Source of the DNA: Balanoglossus misakiensis
Lineage: Eukaryota > Animalia > Hemichordata
DNA length: 64,000 nucleotides
Assembly: GCA_040954595.2 (NCBI GenBank)
Contig: CM082586.2
Coordinates: forward strand, 8,649,337 to 8,713,336
Direction: 5' to 3'
Below, piece by piece: positions 63,556-64,000 of this stretch. Both the position numbers and the translations under genes were made by a program. The notes beneath the pieces were generated by a model. The model saw only the letters and a list, made by a program, of their open reading frames with translations, made no database searches and was not told where the DNA came from. Every line of letters starts with the position of its first letter. Position 1 is the first letter of the stretch.

Positions 63556-63807
63556 GAATATAGAATTCCCCTTGTGTGTCTTCATACGTCAGGCCACCGT
63601 CGAGTGATACCACCAGTAAGGTCACACCAACCCCGAAGAACGGGGGTGTCACACACTGAATTTCATCTTCACTGACATAAACACCATCCACTGTTGGATA
63701 CTCGCCGAATTTACAAACAATGGCATCGCCACTGCCGAAAGTCAACCCACTGATAGATATAATCTCGCCACCTGTCATCGACCCAAATGTTGGATGTACA
63801 CTTAGAC
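63556..63807 (-). CDS. SUSD2/mesh-like protein exon (IPT/TIG domain); gene continues beyond the window
   Basis: tttccag| LSVHPTFGSMTGGEIISISGLTF...VCKFG...IQCVTPPF...VSLDGG...FYI |gtaagt; TIG consensus. Confidence 0.9.
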
Positions 63808-64000
63808 CTGGAAAATGTGCGACAGCATTATGAATAACTTTAACGTCACGGCGACGACAGTCAGATAATAAATCGTCACCCTATGCCAGTGTTGCGTATG
63901 TAACAATGAATTATCTTATAAGATGTGCTAGCTATGTCATATCTCAGAAACAGCTCAACCGAATTTGGTGACATTTTTACAGACCTATATTATATTTATC

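Overview
AT-rich eukaryotic (animal) genomic DNA with spliceosomal introns. The gene and repeat content suggests an invertebrate, possibly an ambulacrarian deuterostome (inference only). I built four gene models by hand from GT-AG sites and reading-frame phase. (1) A 3-exon Bsx homeobox gene on + (CDS 11321-11585, 12209-12423, 15389-15652), flanked by long stretches with no gene I could support. (2) A 13-exon gene on - (44043 to 34282, 4533 nt, about 1510 aa): helical N-terminus, then ZU5-UPA-death domain (the UNC5/ankyrin/PIDD-type module), seven exon-sized ~71-82 aa helical repeats and a second death-domain-like C-terminus, with no TM segment seen. (3) A small + strand gene (50081 to ~51900): signal peptide, one sushi domain, TM. 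It is an inverted, diverged duplicate of the last exons of gene 4. (4) The 3' part of a SUSD2/mesh-like gene on - (IPT/TIG, AMOP, VWD with GDPH, two sushi, TM) that runs off the window end. The rest is repeats: a five-copy Harbinger-type MITE, three foldback MITEs with 8-bp, 9-bp and TTAA target-site duplications, a solo LTR, LINE RT fragments, local duplications and microsatellites, which explain many spurious ORFs. No rRNA, intact tRNA or CRISPR array was seen. Domain calls come from motif recognition by eye, not database searches.
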